The notes under the pieces are model-generated. The model ran no database searches, had not been told where the DNA came from, and saw nothing but the letters and a program-made list of their open reading frames with translations. Below are positions 51,410-54,612 of a stretch of 54,612 nt of DNA, in pieces. This DNA is from an uncultured Campylobacter sp. (GTDB lineage: Bacteria; Campylobacterota; Campylobacteria; Campylobacterales; Campylobacteraceae), in contig NZ_CALINL010000010.1 of NCBI RefSeq assembly GCF_938045225.1, positions 1 through 54,612 on the forward strand. Direction: 5' to 3'. Made by a program: the position numbers and the translations under genes. Position 1 is the first letter of the stretch, and every line of letters starts with the position of its first letter.

Positions 51410-52660
51410 TTACGCCTTAGGCACCGTCATCGAGCCAAACGGCAGGATGATGATTTTAGCGTCCGCACCCTTTTGCGCGAGCGCGTCGTCCACGGCCTTT
51501 TGGATGTCGTGGTATGGCTTTAGATGCACGGCTCGCATCTCATCATCGCTTAGATCAGTCACAGCCCAAGTCTGCGCCCAGAGCGAAATTTCAGCCATTT
51601 TAGCAGCCTTGTGGTAGCCAAGCTTAAAGCCAGAATTTATCTTTTCAAGCACCTTTTTTGGCGTGTCGGCCGATGCCATAAGGTCAAAAAAAGGTTTTGG
51701 ACCGATGCCTGTGCGGCATTTTGCGACCATTATTAAAATTCCATCCTTTGCAAGCGCTAATTTGCCGTTATCTAAAGCTTTTTGCGCCTGATAAAGATCG
51801 ACATCCATAGGATAGGGCGCTACCGAGATCACGATGTCGGCTTTTTGTGGGATATTTACACAAAAGACCTCATCGGCCTTTTTCACGCAGTCGTAAAAAC
51901 TATCATTTAGATCGCCAGCACTTGCGTAATAGACGCCATGTTCGCTATCAAGCACGGTTTGTATAGAAAATACGTCGATATTTGAAAGCACCTTCATCGC
52001 ATCGATCATATCTTCATGCACGGGGTTGCCCTCAAGGCGCAGAGCCTGAGCGTCAGGACTAAGGGCTAGTTTGTGGTTTTGCGTGATGCTCTCGTATGAG
52101 GCAGTGCCTGGTAAAAAGGCCTTTCTACCGCCGGTGTAGCCAGCAAAATAGTGCGGCTCGACTGAACCTATAACGATCACTTTTTTAGCTTCAGCTACGA
52201 TTTTGTTTAGATACATCTGCGTGCCGTTTTTGGACTCGCCTAAAAATACCATCTCATCGTGCTTTGAGTCGTGATCATGAACCTCGTTTTTGGCTCTGAT
52301 CTCTGAGTAAATTTCTTTAGAAAATATCATATTGTATTCATCTAGCGTCCCCTCTCTGTGGCAGCCAGTGGCGATGATGAAAATTTTATTTTTATCGCGA
52401 AGTTTTGGATAAATTTGCTTTAAAATTTTAGCAGTTGGCGTAGGCCTTGTGCCGTCATTTACGATGATAACGATCTTTTCATCGCCTGCGATAAACTCGT
52501 CAAAGCTTTTTTGGTTTATTGGATTTGCCAAAGCCTTTGCGATAAGCGCCGCTTCGTCAAATTTAGCGACTTTGTTTGGGTCAAAAATGCCAAGCAGATT
52601 TTTTTCGTCTATTTTTAAATTTATATGGTCATCTTTGCCATAAGCGATAGGGATTTGCAT
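51410..52660 (-). CDS. larA: LarA-superfamily NPN-dependent alpha-hydroxy-acid racemase/epimerase
   Basis: NDGTRPTP, ATGCHR (H101), EPHYFAGYTGGRK (H170, K180), NH196 and YQAQK motifs. Confidence 0.93.
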   Translation of the reverse strand: MQIPIAYGKDDHINLKIDEKNLLGIFDPNKVAKFDEAALIAKALANPINQKSFDEFIAGDEKIVIIVNDGTRPTPTAKILKQIYPKLRDKNKIFIIATGCHREGTLDEYNMIFSKEIYSEIRAKNEVHDHDSKHDEMVFLGESKNGTQMYLNKIVAEAKKVIVIGSVEPHYFAGYTGGRKAFLPGTASYESITQNHKLALSPDAQALRLEGNPVHEDMIDAMKVLSNIDVFSIQTVLDSEHGVYYASAGDLNDSFYDCVKKADEVFCVNIPQKADIVISVAPYPMDVDLYQAQKALDNGKLALAKDGILIMVAKCRTGIGPKPFFDLMASADTPKKVLEKINSGFKLGYHKAAKMAEISLWAQTWAVTDLSDDEMRAVHLKPYHDIQKAVDDALAQKGADAKIIILPFGSMTVPKA

Positions 52661-52700
52661 GTTTGCTCCTTAAGCAGATTTATTAATTTTTAGTCTTAGG

Positions 52701-52844
52701 ATTATATATCAAATTTTCTTTTAAATGCATTTAGATCGATTAAATTTGACTAGCGGCGCATCAAATTTGGTTAAATATATGATTAATACTTACAAATGTA
52801 TTTTTAATTTTTTTATTAGTATTTAATTTTAATATTTATATAAT
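52701..52844. promoter_or_regulatory. divergent promoters for the lar cluster and dcu
   Basis: Minus-strand TATAAT at 52701-52706 and plus-strand TATAAT at 52839-52844 in an AT-rich spacer. Confidence 0.55.
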
Positions 52845-52873
52845 CGCGGCGTAATTTCCAAAAAGGAGAAAAA

Positions 52874-54553
52874 ATGGAATTTCTAACCAGTTTGAGTGAA
52901 AGCACTCAGTTCACTCTCCAACTAATCGTAGTGCTCGGATGTCTGTTCTACGGCGCTAAAAAAGGCGGTATGGCGCTAGGTGTACTAGGCGGCATCGGTC
53001 TTGTTATCTTGGTATTTGCATTCGGTATGAAGCCTGGCAAACCGGCAGTAGACGTCATCCTAACGATCCTAGCCGTCGTCGTAGCATCTGCTACGCTTCA
53101 AGCAGCGGGCGGTCTTGATGTTATGCTTCAGATCGCTGAAAAAGCGCTTAGAAAGCATCCAAAACTAGTCTGTTATCTTGCGCCGATTTGCGGCTGGACA
53201 CTAACGGTGCTATGTGGTACTGGTCACACAGTTTATACACTTTTACCGATCATCTATGATGTATCAATGAAAAGCGGTATCCGTCCGGAAAGACCGCTGG
53301 CTGCGACTACGATCTCGTCTCAGCTAGCTATCATCGCTAGCCCGGTTTCGGTTGCGGGCGTATCTATGGTCGCGGTTTTGCTAGGCACGGGCACCGTTCA
53401 TATCGATGGCTTTACTAGCTATGTAGATTTGCTTAAAGTTACGATTCCGGCTACCTTCATAGGCGTGCTTTGTATTGGTACTTTTTCCGTATTTAGAGGA
53501 AAAGACCTCGATAAAGACCCTGAATTTCAAGAAAAAATTAAAGATCCGGAGCAAAGAAAATACATCTACGGCTCAGACGATTCTAAATCGCTAGTCGGCG
53601 TTCATCTGCCTAAAAAGCAATGGAATATAATGTGGATATTCCTAGCTACCATCGCTATCGTGGCGGTTCTAGGCTACTATAAACAGCTTCGCCCTAGCTG
53701 GACTAGCGATGTCCCAGGTAAATCTATCGAAATCGTAGTGGATAAAAAAGTAGTTAAAAACATTACCGTAAAAGACGGACAAGTAGTCTCTACCGTAGAT
53801 AGTAGCAAAGTCGTCTCAAACGTAAAAGACAGTAAAGTAAAAGATGCTACTAAATTTACTAACGTAGAAGTCCTAGATAAAGACAAAAAAGTAACTCAAA
53901 CCATCGTGCTTCAAGACGGCAACGTAGTTATTACTAAAGGCGACAAGACCGAAACCGTCGCAAACGCTAGCATCGTAGTAAAAGATACTATGAAAAAAAC
54001 CGCGCCTCTAGGCATGGTCGATACGATCCAAATTTTCATGCTACTAGCCGCATCAATCATGATGATCTACTCAGGCATCAAGGCTGCTAAGATCGCTCAA
54101 AACGAGATTTTCCACAGCGGTATGGTTGCGCTTGTCGCGATCTACGGTATCAGCTGGATGGCCGATACGATGTTCCACTCTCACATCGAGATGCTAAAAG
54201 GCTCGCTAGGAGAGGTGATGAGGGCCTATCCGTGGATGTATATCGTAGTAGGTATGCTGATTTCTAAGTTCCTAAACTCTCAAGCAGCAGCTGCTGCGAC
54301 ATTCGTACCGCTTGCGGTTCAGATCGGCGTGGATCCAGGTATCATCGTCGCGTTTGCTACGGCTTGCTACGGATACTTTATCCTTCCTACATATCCGAGC
54401 GACCTTGCGGCAATCCAGTTTGACCGCTCAGGTACGACTAAGATCGGTAAATACGTCATCAATCACAGCTTTATCATCCCTGGTCTTATCGGCGTGTTTA
54501 GTTCGTGCGCAGTGGGTTGGGTGCTAGCTAACCTGTACGGATTTATAAAATAA
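52874..54553 (+). CDS. dcuB: anaerobic C4-dicarboxylate transporter (DcuB-type) with a ~100-aa insertion
   Basis: LCGTGH, IRPERPL, IASPVS, NSQAA and [19 protein letters not shown] motifs. Confidence 0.88.
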   Translation: MEFLTSLSESTQFTLQLIVVLGCLFYGAKKGGMALGVLGGIGLVILVFAFGMKPGKPAVDVILTILAVVVASATLQAAGGLDVMLQIAEKALRKHPKLVCYLAPICGWTLTVLCGTGHTVYTLLPIIYDVSMKSGIRPERPLAATTISSQLAIIASPVSVAGVSMVAVLLGTGTVHIDGFTSYVDLLKVTIPATFIGVLCIGTFSVFRGKDLDKDPEFQEKIKDPEQRKYIYGSDDSKSLVGVHLPKKQWNIMWIFLATIAIVAVLGYYKQLRPSWTSDVPGKSIEIVVDKKVVKNITVKDGQVVSTVDSSKVVSNVKDSKVKDATKFTNVEVLDKDKKVTQTIVLQDGNVVITKGDKTETVANASIVVKDTMKKTAPLGMVDTIQIFMLLAASIMMIYSGIKAAKIAQNEIFHSGMVALVAIYGISWMADTMFHSHIEMLKGSLGEVMRAYPWMYIVVGMLISKFLNSQAAAAATFVPLAVQIGVDPGIIVAFATACYGYFILPTYPSDLAAIQFDRSGTTKIGKYVINHSFIIPGLIGVFSSCAVGWVLANLYGFIK

Positions 54554-54562
54554 TTTTGCCTT

Positions 54563-54588
54563 GCGAGACTTGCTTCGGCTCGTCTCGC
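54563..54588 (+). terminator. hairpin after dcu
   Basis: GCGAGAC...GTCTCGC stem 10 nt after the stop codon. Confidence 0.5.
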
Positions 54589-54612
54589 GAGCGCTTTTGA
54601 GAGAGATTTGAA

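Overview
Chromosomal window from a non-thermotolerant Campylobacter, probably the C. showae/C. rectus group; this is inferred from gene content, gene order and codon style, not from a database match. The left half is mostly core genes: fabH-plsX-rpmF, ndk, ferredoxin/ahpC, plsY-folB-cosR-cosS-ppx, fliN and the trp cluster. A HerA-like ATPase and an inverted membrane/TPR-like gene interrupt this block. The right half holds TSUP and DASS transporters, uvrA, a pyrimidine-dimer glycosylase, fhs, a membrane protein with eight CxxCxGxG motifs, a Tat-exported molybdoenzyme, an AT-rich CfrBI-like restriction-modification cassette, polA and Sel1-repeat genes. It ends with a nickel-pincer-nucleotide (NPN) cluster, larA-larC-larE-larB-DUF2809-ttdA-ttdB, divergent from a DcuB-type transporter with an unusual insertion. 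Best leads: (1) the Lar-Ttd-Dcu locus looks like a C4-dicarboxylate (malate/tartrate) racemase/epimerase pathway rather than a lactate racemase; (2) a ~140-bp structured repeat occurs twice with compensatory changes, and one copy sits in a hairpin mosaic inside the trp cluster; (3) RAATTY motifs are packed into spacers, terminator stems and in-frame insertions; (4) six genes are disrupted. I saw no rRNA, tRNA, CRISPR array or transposase.
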